Assembly (NCBI GenBank): GCA_963627065.1
Contig: CAVGAA010000003.1
Span: 52,361-116,360, forward strand
Direction of reading: 5' to 3'
Source of the DNA: a bacterium
GTDB lineage: Bacteria; Bacillota; Clostridia; Oscillospirales; CAG-272
Length of the DNA stretch: 64,000 nucleotides
Shown: positions 8,020 through 18,000 of the stretch, one piece after another
Layout: every line of letters begins with the position of its first letter
Numbering within the stretch: the first letter of the stretch is position 1
Notes under the pieces: generated by a model
What the model was told of the DNA's origin: nothing
The model's input: only the letters and a program-made list of their open reading frames with translations
Database searches by the model: none
Program-made: the position numbers and the translations under genes

Positions 8020-8952
8020 ATGAAAACAATTTATACGATTACCCTCAACCCCGCATTCGATCTGCACTACCGCATGGAGCATTTCGAGGCACAAAAGGAA
8101 AATTACGCCGACAGTATTCTCTGTGATGCAGGCGGAAAGGGTATTAACATTTCGAGAGCCTTGAAAGTCAACGGCACAGACAGTACCGCATTTGTCATTT
8201 TGGGTGACGAAAACGGACATTCTTTCGAAGAACAGTTAAAGCGGGACAATCTGCACTATGAACCAGTGTGGGTAAATGGCAGAATCCGCGAGAACATTAC
8301 CCTGCATCCGAGCGATTCCAAAGAAACGAGAATCAGTCTCGACACCTTCCGTGTCAACTCAGATACCCTACAAGTATTGAAAGAAAAAGTCTTGTCTTCC
8401 GTCAAATCGGGTGACCTTTTGGCGTTTGCAGGTCGCATTCCGAAAGGGCTTGAAAAATCGGATGTCATCGCATTTCTGAAAACTTTGATTGAAAAAGGTG
8501 CAAAAGTCATTGTCGATTCCAACTCCTTTACACCGGAGGACCTTACAAAGATTCACCCGTGGCTTATCAAGCCGAATGAGCAGGAAATCGTTTCGTTCTT
8601 GGGAACTCCGATCGAAAATATCGGGGATGCAAAAAATTCTGCCAAAGAACTCGTCCTGCGTGGTGTGGCGGAGCAGGTCATGATCAGTCTCGGCGGTGAC
8701 GGTGCGGTCTGGTCGGACGGAAAAGACGTAAAAGTTCTCTCCGTTCCGAAACTCGAACATCCCGTATCAACCATCGGTGCAGGCGACAGTACGCTGGCAG
8801 GGTTTCTGCACGCAACTGCAAAAGGGGAGAAAATCGATACGATTCTCCGCACGGCAGTCGCTTTCGGTACGTCCGCTTGCTTGACGGCAGGCACACTTCC
8901 GCCGAGTCCCGATGACGTTTTTCGTGTTTTTGAACAAACGCAAATTTTGTGA
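8020..8952 (+). CDS. PfkB-family hexose-phosphate kinase (1-phosphofructokinase / tagatose-6-P kinase type)
   Basis: MKTIYTITLNPAFDLHY start, GGKGINISRAL, and the C-terminal ATP-site motif IGAGDSTLAGF. 310 aa. Confidence 0.8.
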   Translation: MKTIYTITLNPAFDLHYRMEHFEAQKENYADSILCDAGGKGINISRALKVNGTDSTAFVILGDENGHSFEEQLKRDNLHYEPVWVNGRIRENITLHPSDSKETRISLDTFRVNSDTLQVLKEKVLSSVKSGDLLAFAGRIPKGLEKSDVIAFLKTLIEKGAKVIVDSNSFTPEDLTKIHPWLIKPNEQEIVSFLGTPIENIGDAKNSAKELVLRGVAEQVMISLGGDGAVWSDGKDVKVLSVPKLEHPVSTIGAGDSTLAGFLHATAKGEKIDTILRTAVAFGTSACLTAGTLPPSPDDVFRVFEQTQIL

Positions 8953-8970
8953 AAATCTCCGAAAACCATA

Positions 8971-9009
8971 AAATCTCACTGTCAAAGTACTTGTCGGTGA
9001 GATTTTTTT
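8971..9009 (+). terminator. Possible intrinsic terminator after the kinase gene
   Basis: AAATCTCAC / GTGAGATTT forms a 9-bp stem with a 17-nt loop, followed by a T7 run. Confidence 0.45.
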
Positions 9010-9052
9010 GTAAAAAAGTACGAATTTTTCGGCAGAAAATACAAAAAAGGTA

Positions 9053-9081
9053 TTGACTTTTTGGTGAAAATGTTGTAAAAT
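9053..9081 (+). promoter_or_regulatory. Sigma-A promoter (TTGACT-17-TAAAAT) for rsmE
   Basis: TTGACT at 9053-9058 and TAAAAT at 9076-9081, 30 nt upstream of the ATG. Confidence 0.65.
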
Positions 9082-9111
9082 AAGAGCCGAGAAAAATATT
9101 GAGGATAAATC

Positions 9112-9858
9112 ATGCCACGATTTTTTGTTGAAACCGAACAAATTACCGATTCCACCGTGACGGTTGTCGGCGAGAATGCCCACCACATTTCACGATCCCT
9201 GCGTATGGCATCCGGTGAAATTATCACCGTTTGTGACGGAAAAGGCACGGATTACACCTGCCGATTGACAAATTTTACCGATACTTGCGTGACAGCGGAA
9301 ATTCTCTCGCAAAAGCCGTCCGAAGCCGAACCGCCGTATCACATCAAAGTCTTTCAGGCACTGCCGAAAGGCGATAAACTCGATGAAATCATTCAAAAGA
9401 CCGTTGAATGCGGAGCGTGCGAAATTATTCCGTTTGAAAGCTCCCGTTGCATCGTCCGATTGGGGGACGGTAAAAAGGACCGTGAGCGGACCGAACGCCG
9501 ACAAAAAATCGCATTCGCATCTGCCGGACAGTGCGGTAGGGGCGTGATTCCGCTCGTGAAGCCTGCCGTAACGTTTGAAAACGCAATCGGCGAGGCATCC
9601 AAATGCGACCTGTCGATTTTCTGTTACGAGGACGGCACAGAACCGTTAGGGGAGATTTTGCGGTCGATTCCCGAAATGCCGAAAAGCGTTTCCGTTGTGG
9701 TCGGGAGCGAGGGCGGATTCACCCGTGACGAGGCAAATCTCGCCGAAAATGCCGGTTTTCACATTGTGAGTTTGGGAAAAAGGATTCTAAGAACCGAAAC
9801 CGCCGCAACCTTTGTCCTTGCCTGCTTGGCGGAGGAATTCGAACTCAAAAATCGTTGA
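9112..9858 (+). CDS. rsmE: 16S rRNA (uracil1498-N3)-methyltransferase RsmE
   Basis: MPRFFVE... start and a C-terminal SPOUT knot, VVVGSEGGFTRDE...LGKRILRTETAA. 248 aa. Confidence 0.88.
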   Translation: MPRFFVETEQITDSTVTVVGENAHHISRSLRMASGEIITVCDGKGTDYTCRLTNFTDTCVTAEILSQKPSEAEPPYHIKVFQALPKGDKLDEIIQKTVECGACEIIPFESSRCIVRLGDGKKDRERTERRQKIAFASAGQCGRGVIPLVKPAVTFENAIGEASKCDLSIFCYEDGTEPLGEILRSIPEMPKSVSVVVGSEGGFTRDEANLAENAGFHIVSLGKRILRTETAATFVLACLAEEFELKNR

Positions 9859-9968
9859 ATTGACCTGCCGTGACCGATTTTGGTCATTTTGACGGTGCAA
9901 TTTTTGCCCTCATCGGCAAGTTGCATAAAAAATTTTGGTTAAATTTGTATAAAATATCGAAAAGCCTA

Positions 9969-9997
9969 TTGAAAAATCACAAAAAAAGGTGTAAAAT
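9969..9997 (+). promoter_or_regulatory. Sigma-A promoter (TTGAAA-17-TAAAAT)
   Basis: TTGAAA at 9969-9974 and TAAAAT at 9992-9997, upstream of the PucR-type regulator. Confidence 0.6.
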
Positions 9998-10042
9998 ATA
10001 GGCAGTATTCGACAAAGAAAACGATACAAAAGGAGTAAAAAG

Positions 10043-11128
10043 ATGTCCAACAAACTGTTTCAAGGTGTCATTCACCAAATGAAGGACGCAATCGACCGTG
10101 TAATCGGCGTTGTTGACGAAAACGGTGTCATCATCGCCTGTTCCGAACTTGTCCGCATCGGAGAAATCCGTCAGGGCGTCCGTGAGGAACTGAACTACAC
10201 GACCGATGCCATTGCATCCGGCGGTTATACCTACCGTCCCATGGTGATCGGTGCAAAAACGGACTATGCCGTCTTCGTGGAAGGCGAAGACAAAATGGCA
10301 GAGAAAATGACCAAACTGCTTGCCATTTCTCTGGGTAACATCAAGAATCTGTACGATGAAAAATACGACAAAGGTTCTTTCATCAAAAACATCATTCTCG
10401 ATAACATTCTCCCCAGCGATATTTATATCAAATCGAGGGAACTGCATTTCAACACCGACGAAACAAGAGTTGTCTATCTTATTAAATTCTACGGCAAGAC
10501 CGATATGTTGCCTTTCGAGATGCTCCAAAATATGTATCCCGACAAGACAAAGGACTACGTTATCAGCGTAGGCGAACACGATCTGGTCCTTGTCAAAGAC
10601 GTCAAACCTGACATTGAAATACGTGATGTCGAAAAGATTGCAACCAACATCGCAGACACACTGTCCGCAGAGTTCTACACGAAAGTCGCAATCGGTATTT
10701 CCACTGTTGTCGACAATATCAAGGACTTGGCACGTGCATACAAAGAGGCTCAGATTGCAATTGAGGTCGGAAAAGTCTTCGAAACCGAAAAGAGTATCAT
10801 CAGTTACGACAATCTCGGTATCGGACGTTTGATTTATCAACTGCCGACCACGCTTTGCGAAATGTTCTTGTCCGAAGTCTTCAAGCGTGGCAGTCTCGAA
10901 ACGCTCGACCGTGAAACGCTCCAAACCATTCAAAGTTTCTTTGAGAACAACCTCAATGTGTCCGAAACATCGAGAAAACTGTTCGTTCACCGCAACACGC
11001 TCGTTTACCGTTTGGAAAAAATCCGCAAGTTGACGGGACTCGATTTGCGTGAATTCGACCATGCAATCACCTTCAAGGTGGCACTTATGGTCAAAAAGTA
11101 CCTCAATTCCAAACCCGTCAAATTCTAA
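10043..11128 (+). CDS. PucR/CdaR-family transcriptional regulator
   Basis: C-terminal PucR-type HTH: NLNVSETSRKLFVHRNTLVYRLEKIRKLTGLDLREFD. 361 aa. Confidence 0.8.
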   Translation: MSNKLFQGVIHQMKDAIDRVIGVVDENGVIIACSELVRIGEIRQGVREELNYTTDAIASGGYTYRPMVIGAKTDYAVFVEGEDKMAEKMTKLLAISLGNIKNLYDEKYDKGSFIKNIILDNILPSDIYIKSRELHFNTDETRVVYLIKFYGKTDMLPFEMLQNMYPDKTKDYVISVGEHDLVLVKDVKPDIEIRDVEKIATNIADTLSAEFYTKVAIGISTVVDNIKDLARAYKEAQIAIEVGKVFETEKSIISYDNLGIGRLIYQLPTTLCEMFLSEVFKRGSLETLDRETLQTIQSFFENNLNVSETSRKLFVHRNTLVYRLEKIRKLTGLDLREFDHAITFKVALMVKKYLNSKPVKF

Positions 11129-11140
11129 ACGGTCTTCAAA

Positions 11141-12595
11141 ATGGAAGAAGAAAACAACTATTTCCCGAACGAAGAAAAACAACCGTCCGACAACCTCCCG
11201 CAACCGGAGATGCCGAAACATACCGAAAAGAAAATCGGTGTCGGTCTGTCGGTTTTCATTACCTGCATAGCTCTTGTCATTGCAATTCTCCTCACGTGGA
11301 CTTTGACATCCGTAAATATCAAGGGTGCTTACTCCAAAAAGTTGCAGGAACAGCAGAATCGTTACAATGAACTGATTGAAAACTATCAGAATTCCGACAG
11401 CGATAACCTTTCGATTCTCCGTGAAATGATCGAGGCTTATTCGCTCTATGCGGACAATCTTGACGAGGACGAAATGCTCTCGTATGCTTTCAAAGCCTAT
11501 GTCGAGGCAACCGGTGACGTCTATGCGGAGTACTATACCGCCGAGGAGTATGCTGAACTCGTAGCCGAGAACAACGGCGACTTTTGCGGAGTCGGCATTA
11601 CGGTGGTGCAATCGTCCGTCACATACAGCGGATCGGATCGCAAAGTTTATCAGGTCATCGAAGTTTACGAAAATTCGTCGGCACTGGAATTCGGGATGCA
11701 GTCGGGCGACTTGGTCTATGCCGTCAAAGACGGAGAAACATGGAAAACGGTTGACGAACTCGGCTACACCAAAACCCTGCAACTCATGCGTGGGGAGGAG
11801 GGAACGCAGGTGACGTTTATGCTCCTGCGGAAAAACGGCGAAAATTACGAGCAGAACACCTTGACATTGACTCGCAAAAAACTCGTCACGCACTCGGTCA
11901 GAATCAAAGTTTCTACCATCGATGCAACGGTCGGAATCGTCAGCATTTCGGGATTCGATCTCACCACGCCGACACAGTTCAAAGCAGGTATCAACAGCCT
12001 GCTCGAACAAGGTGTTGAACATTTCATATTCGATGTGCGGAACAATCCCGGGGGCGACCTCCGTTCCATTTCGGCGGTTCTGTCCTATTTCCTCGATGCA
12101 GGTGACAAAATCATCGATGCAATCAACAAAAACGATAAGGTTTCCGCAACCTATTGCGTAGAAGCCTGCACTTATGTGGGGGATTATGCCGGTTGCAGTG
12201 TCGCTGAAGAAGAAATCGGAATGTACAAAGACCTCGATTTTGCAATTCTCTGCAACGGCAATACCGCATCCGCCGCCGAAGTTTTTGTGGCAACACTCCG
12301 TGACTATCGGGAGGAAAAAGGCTTCCGCACGGAAAACATCATCGGAACGCAGACTTTCGGCAAGGGCATTATGCAAACGACCACATCCGTGCCTTTTTCG
12401 GACGGAACGGTCGCATATCTCAAACTGACCACACATAAATACGTAACCAAATGCGGAGTTTCCTATCACGGAATCGGAATCGAACCCGACAACAACATCG
12501 AATTGAGCGAAGATGCTCAGAAAAAGTCATTGTCGCTCCTCGATGAAACCGACGATGCACAACTCCTCTCGGCAATCACATTACTGAAAAAATAA
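11141..12595 (+). CDS. S41 family C-terminal processing peptidase, membrane anchored
   Basis: FDVRNNPGGDL, the catalytic Ser context GNTASAAEVF, the Lys context TFGKGIMQ, an N-terminal TM segment GLSVFITCIALVIAILLTW, and a PDZ-like middle region. Confidence 0.85.
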   Translation: MEEENNYFPNEEKQPSDNLPQPEMPKHTEKKIGVGLSVFITCIALVIAILLTWTLTSVNIKGAYSKKLQEQQNRYNELIENYQNSDSDNLSILREMIEAYSLYADNLDEDEMLSYAFKAYVEATGDVYAEYYTAEEYAELVAENNGDFCGVGITVVQSSVTYSGSDRKVYQVIEVYENSSALEFGMQSGDLVYAVKDGETWKTVDELGYTKTLQLMRGEEGTQVTFMLLRKNGENYEQNTLTLTRKKLVTHSVRIKVSTIDATVGIVSISGFDLTTPTQFKAGINSLLEQGVEHFIFDVRNNPGGDLRSISAVLSYFLDAGDKIIDAINKNDKVSATYCVEACTYVGDYAGCSVAEEEIGMYKDLDFAILCNGNTASAAEVFVATLRDYREEKGFRTENIIGTQTFGKGIMQTTTSVPFSDGTVAYLKLTTHKYVTKCGVSYHGIGIEPDNNIELSEDAQKKSLSLLDETDDAQLLSAITLLKK

Positions 12596-12627
12596 ATCGC
12601 ATTTTATAATAAAAGAGGCATAAGAAA

Positions 12628-13146
12628 ATGGCAAAGGCAAAGAAGATTTCCTATACACAATCCGGTTATCAAAAATTGATTGACGAACTCAACTATCTCA
12701 AAAACGAGAAGCGTGAGAAGATCAAAAACGACATTGCGGTCGCACGTTCCTTCGGTGACTTGTCCGAGAACTCCGAGTATGATGAGGCAAGAAATGAGCA
12801 GGCAAAGAACGAAGCGAGAATCAAAGAACTCGAAGAAATGCTCGAAAATGCCGATATTATCGACGAATCCACGGTGGATTACAGCAAAGGCTGTCTCGGA
12901 TCGACCGTAAAACTTACCATTAACGGCGGTGAACCCGTTTCGTTTGCACTGGTCAGTTCCAATGAGGCAAATCCGACAGAAAAGAAAATTTCCGATCAGT
13001 CTCCGATCGGTGCGGGACTCATCGATATGTGTGCAGGTGAAGAGAAAGACATCGAAACACCGGTCGGTAACATTCACATTGTCGTCCTTGAAGTCGGGAA
13101 AACCGCGAGTGCACCGAAGACCGAGACTGAGAAGGCAGGAAACTAA
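12628..13146 (+). CDS. greA: Transcription elongation factor GreA (with a short Lys/Thr/Glu-rich C-terminal tail)
   Basis: GYQKLIDELNYLKNEKREKIKNDIAVARSFGDLSENSEYDEARNEQA (coiled-coil finger with acidic tip), then an FKBP-like C-domain. Confidence 0.9.
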   Translation: MAKAKKISYTQSGYQKLIDELNYLKNEKREKIKNDIAVARSFGDLSENSEYDEARNEQAKNEARIKELEEMLENADIIDESTVDYSKGCLGSTVKLTINGGEPVSFALVSSNEANPTEKKISDQSPIGAGLIDMCAGEEKDIETPVGNIHIVVLEVGKTASAPKTETEKAGN

Positions 13147-13167
13147 TCGAATCTGCAAATCATTTAA

Positions 13168-13199
13168 AGGGGAATCTGACAAAAGATTCCTCTTTTTTA
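13168..13199 (+). terminator. Rho-independent terminator of greA
   Basis: AGGGGAATCT-GACAAA-AGATTCCTCT followed by TTTTT. Confidence 0.75.
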
Positions 13200-13242
13200 A
13201 GGTAATTTTTTGATGTAATTTTTTGAGGTAAGAATTAAGAAT

Positions 13243-13920
13243 ATGGAAGAAAAACACGAAGCACACGAGGTGGCGGAACAGTCCGGTTTCCTGCGTTGGT
13301 TGGACAATTTCTGGTATCATTACAAATGGCAGACGATAGGCGTCCTATTCGTTGTTATTTTGTTCGCCGTCACGATTCCGCAATGCACCAAAAACGACGA
13401 AGACAGTATCACGGTGACCTTTGCTGGCAATTATACCATGTCGGCGGACGAGCAGAAAACATTGAAAAATCTGCTTTACGCTTATACGGACGGCAGTGTC
13501 ACACTGGGGCAGTACAGTATTTATACCGAAGACGAAATCATCAAAAACAACACCTATAAAGATTCGACCACGGGCGGGGAAAAAGTCGATATTTCGGGCA
13601 AAAACAGTGCCAAAGGTTTTAATCAGGAGCAAATTCAGTCCATTCAAAGTTATCTCATGACCGGTGATTGCGGAATTTTCATCGTCAGCGAATATGTATA
13701 CGAGAACTGGTTTGACGGCAGAATTCAGATTGTCGAAAATAAGCGTTTGGGCGACCTGCAGATTTACGAAGACTATGGGGCAATCCGCATTTTTTCGGCA
13801 GATTGCCGAGTCCTTCTGACAAGGTCTGTTTTAGGCGAAACATCTAAGGACAAGAATTTTGCAGAGGTCCAGGCCTTTTATGCACTTCTCACGGGAGAAA
13901 ATACCGCCGAAGCGGAATAA
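13243..13920 (+). CDS. Hypothetical membrane-anchored protein
   Basis: 225-aa ORF with one N-terminal TM segment (WQTIGVLFVVILFAVTI). Its codon usage matches its neighbours. I recognise no family. Confidence 0.55.
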   Translation: MEEKHEAHEVAEQSGFLRWLDNFWYHYKWQTIGVLFVVILFAVTIPQCTKNDEDSITVTFAGNYTMSADEQKTLKNLLYAYTDGSVTLGQYSIYTEDEIIKNNTYKDSTTGGEKVDISGKNSAKGFNQEQIQSIQSYLMTGDCGIFIVSEYVYENWFDGRIQIVENKRLGDLQIYEDYGAIRIFSADCRVLLTRSVLGETSKDKNFAEVQAFYALLTGENTAEAE

Positions 13921-14013
13921 AATTTGCGAAAACTATGTACAAAAACGCATTTTTGTGGTAAAATATAAGTGGTAAAATATAAAGAGAAAAAAGTCAATAC
14001 GAGGGACAACAAA

Positions 14014-15024
14014 ATGGAAAACAAAAAATACAGTCGCACGCAACACGGCGAGCGGAACGGTCGCAGTGACAGAAACGGTCGCAACGATACCGCAAAAAAG
14101 CCGTACGGAGATAAAAAAACCTATTCGGACAGAAAGCCGAAAAATTACGGAAATGATGACAAAAAAGGCGAAAAGAGATTTACAAAAGGCAACGCCAAGC
14201 CCTATAACCGCCAAACAACGAAACCTGCCGTAAAGGTTGAAAAAATTGAAAAGCCCGAAATCGAAAACGAGGGCATTCACGGCGATTATGAAAACGGAGC
14301 GGTTATCGGTCGCAATGCCGTCAGGGAACTGCTCAAAAGCGAACGGGCAATCGATAAAATTCTCGTCCAGAAAGGCGAACGCACCGGTTCTATCACCGTT
14401 CTGGTCGCCGAGGCGATTGCAAGAAAAATTCCGGTTATTGAGGTCGAAAAGCCGAAACTTGATGCACTCTCGGATTTTGCACCGCATCAGGGCATTGTCG
14501 CTATGGCGGCAGAAAAGGAGTACTGCTCGGTCGAGGACATTCTGAACATCGCCAAAGAGAGAGGGGAAGCCCCCTTGATCGTCATTTGTGACGGTGTGAC
14601 AGATCCTTACAATTTGGGGGCAATCATCCGTTGTGCCGAATGTTGCGGGGCTCACGGACTTATCATTCCGAAACGCCGTGCCTGCGGTTTAACGCCTCTT
14701 GTCACAAAAGCATCGGCAGGTGCTATCGAGCATCTCGCCATCGCAAAAGTGCCGAATATCGCATCGGCGGTTTCAGAACTCAAAGAGGCAGGCGTGTGGG
14801 TTTATTCCGCAGAAGCAGGCGGAGGAGAACTCTGGAAAACCGATCTCACCGGTCCGTGTGCAATTGTAATGGGCAGTGAGGGCGACGGCGTATCGCAAAT
14901 CGTCAAAAAATCCTGCGACGGAATCATTTCCATTCCGATTTACGGGCAGGTCAATTCCTTTAACGTATCGACGGCAACGGCAATCATTTTAGCCGAAACC
15001 GCAAGACAGCACCATAAAAACTGA
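14014..15024 (+). CDS. rlmB: 23S rRNA (guanosine-2'-O)-methyltransferase RlmB / TrmH (SpoU) family, with a ~90-aa basic N-terminal extension
   Basis: GRNAVRELLKS, DGVTDPYNLGAIIRCAECCGAHGLI, IVMGSEGDGVS and SFNVSTATAIIL (SpoU motifs). The ATG at 14014 has a GAGGGA RBS; the track start at 13969 lies inside the -10 elements. Confidence 0.85.
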   Translation: MENKKYSRTQHGERNGRSDRNGRNDTAKKPYGDKKTYSDRKPKNYGNDDKKGEKRFTKGNAKPYNRQTTKPAVKVEKIEKPEIENEGIHGDYENGAVIGRNAVRELLKSERAIDKILVQKGERTGSITVLVAEAIARKIPVIEVEKPKLDALSDFAPHQGIVAMAAEKEYCSVEDILNIAKERGEAPLIVICDGVTDPYNLGAIIRCAECCGAHGLIIPKRRACGLTPLVTKASAGAIEHLAIAKVPNIASAVSELKEAGVWVYSAEAGGGELWKTDLTGPCAIVMGSEGDGVSQIVKKSCDGIISIPIYGQVNSFNVSTATAIILAETARQHHKN

Positions 15025-15055
15025 CCAATCAATCGAATGAAACGGAGGCGGATGC

Positions 15056-18000
15056 ATGAAAAACAATCAAAAGAACCGTAATGAAGATAAAAGTACCGAC
15101 GAACTGTTGAAAAAATTGCAGGCATCCGTCATAGCCGATCAGGAAAACGAGCAGAAAAGCAAAGCGGATGCGGACGAAAGAGCCTTTCAGTCCAAAATCG
15201 AGGGAATGCTCCGAGGCGTGACGGGCGAGGAACCGAAAAAAGCCGAAAAGCCCGAAAAAGCCGAAAAGGCGAAAAAGAGTGAGAAAAAGCCGACAGAAAA
15301 GCCGATAGAAAAAACGGTCGAAAAAACAGTCGAAAAGCCGACAGAGAAGCCGACAGAGAAGCCGACACCCGAAAAAACTTCTCATATTCCGGAGGCTCTG
15401 CGAATTGTCACCGAGGGCAACCCGAATGAATCGAAATCGATAGAAAACGGCGAAAAGCAACCGAAAAAAGAAGAAAAAGAAGAAACGAAAGACATTCCCA
15501 CACCGACCGAAAAACAGGAGAAACCCGTGCAGGAACAGAAAAAAACGCAGGTCACACCGAAAAAATCGATGACAGAAACGAAACCGACCGAACAAAAATC
15601 GGTTGAGAGAAAGCCGGTCGAACAAAAGCCGATTGCACCGAAAGCCGAACCGAAGAAAGCAGAGCCTAATTTCACAAGACCTGCCGAAAAAACAGCCGAA
15701 AAAACGACCGAAAAAACGATTGAAAAGCCGGTCACTGTTGCACAGCCTGCCCCAAAAACGGAGCGGAAACCGATTGTCATCGGTGGAGAAAAAGGGGCAA
15801 CCTCCGCAAATCCGATTGTCATCAAGCCACGCAAAACGGCACGCATGACAACACCGCCGACACCGACCGCAAAAGCCGAAACGAAACAGACACCGATTGT
15901 AATCAAACCGCCGACACAGGCAGAACAACCGACCGAAAAAGCAGTTGCGAAACCTGTCGAAAAAGTGGTCGAAAAACCAATAGAAAAAACGATTGAAAAG
16001 CCTGCCGAAAAGAAAGGCTCGACCGGTATGAGCATTCCGAAAACACGCATTTCGGCTCGCCCGTGGGAAAACTCGCAGGCAACGGAAAGTGTGCAAAAGC
16101 CTGCCGAAACCGTGCAGAAACCGGTTCAGACAACGCAAAACGCACCGCAGAGAACGGCAAAAATGCCCCAAAAAGCAACGTCCCAACTCATCAAAAAGCC
16201 GGTGCAGAAAAAGCCGATGCCTGCAACTCCTCTGCCGGAGGATAATCATCTGCGGGAATCACTCGAAGACACTGCCAGCGATGCGACAAGCACGCCGGCA
16301 CACGATCAAGAACCGCAAAAAAATGAAAATGCCGTCAATCAAAAGCCGACCGCAAGCCCGAGAACACGGCGAAAAGTGGTCGAAACCATTGCCACGGTTG
16401 ACGATCCGCTCGCCTATACCGAGCTGAAAACGGGACTTGACGAGGACGACATCGCCATGATGTTCGAACTCGGCTACGACAACGAACTGGGGCATCTCAT
16501 CGGTGTCGGAAATATGAAAAAAATGCGTCGGGAGTATAAAAAAAAGCACGAGGAGAAAGAACACCGTCGTAACCGTGCATCCTTCGGTTTCCGAGGCGTT
16601 GACAGTACCGAGGGTGAGGACGGCAGGACCGCCCAAACCGCATACCGCCATGACCGCACATGGAATATCTGGCGAATGATTTTGACGGGGCTTTGTATGC
16701 TCCTTCTGGCACTGCTCGACATCGAAGGATTGAACGCAACCGTCGATTCTTACCGTGCGTCCTACGGTTGGTTGTTCTCTGCCGTATCGCTCCTGCTCCT
16801 GCTTGCCTCGGCATCACTGTCGCATCGGCAAATCGATTCCGGCTTGCGTAACCTCTGGCGTTTTTCGCCGACACCTTACTCGGTCATCTCCGTCCTGACG
16901 CCTATTGCAGTTCTTTACAGCATTGCCGTCCTCGTATTAGGGGACAAAATGACTTTGCAACCGATCGGATTCGGTATGGCGACTGCCTATTTTCTGACGA
17001 CCGTCTGTGACCTGATCCGCATCTGCAACGAAATGCGAACGCTGAACCTCATTCTCTCGGACGGCAAAAAATACGTTCTTGACGTTGCAGAACCGAGAAA
17101 GAAAAAAATGCGGATGGCGAGAGGGGGAAAAATCGTTCGGATCGTCAATGACGAAATCGGCGAAAATCTCTACCGTGTCCGCCAATGCGAACGCCTTGAC
17201 GGCTTCTTCGGACGGTGCAACGATTTTTCGGGATCGGCAAAGCCCTTTACGGTCCTGCTCATTCTCATGTTCGCCCTGTCAATTTTGTGTGGATTCTTTG
17301 GTGCGGTCAAATCGGACGATTTCGCAACGGGGCTTTCCGCATTTGCTACGGCACTCTGTTTTACCGTTCCGACCTCTGCCGTGTACCTTTGGTTCTATTC
17401 TCTGGAACGGGCAAACAAAACGCTTGCAAAGAGCGGATCTGCCCTCGTCGGTGACGGCTCTGTCGGCGAGTACAGTCAAAAAAAGACGGTCATTTTCGAC
17501 GATAACGAACTCTACACCGAGCAGAAATGCACGCAGATTCTGGCACGCAACAACGAAAATTGCAAGGAAGATTTACGCATTGCAGGCATCGTTTTCCGCA
17601 AACTTTCCAAAACTTACGATGCCGTAGGCATGAAAATGTCGCAAGATTCGAGCGATGCACAAATTCCCGTCAATATCTTGCGGACCGCAGAAAAAGGTGT
17701 GGAGGCACGAGTCGACAACCGTCACGGCGTTATCATCGGCACGGCAGAATTCCTCAAAGAAAACAACATCTCCGTTCCGCAAATGCCAGAACCGCAAGGA
17801 AATGTCAGTGTGATGTACGTGGTGATTGACGGCAGACTCCGCCTTTCCTATGAGATTGCCTATACAACGTCAAGCGACTTCGATTCTATGGTCGAGATGC
17901 TTGCCAAAGCCGATACCGTAGCGATTGAAACTTACGATCCGAACCTCAATCAGGCATTTCTTGCACGCAGCCGCGGAGAAAATGCACCGTTCATCCGAGT

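Noticed and set aside
15056-16470. The K/E/P/T-rich repeat region, considered as a cell-wall-anchored adhesin or collagen-like surface protein.
   Set aside because: There is no N-terminal signal peptide, no LPXTG or SLH motif and no G-X-Y periodicity. The region is followed by a polytopic membrane domain, so it is predicted to be cytoplasmic.
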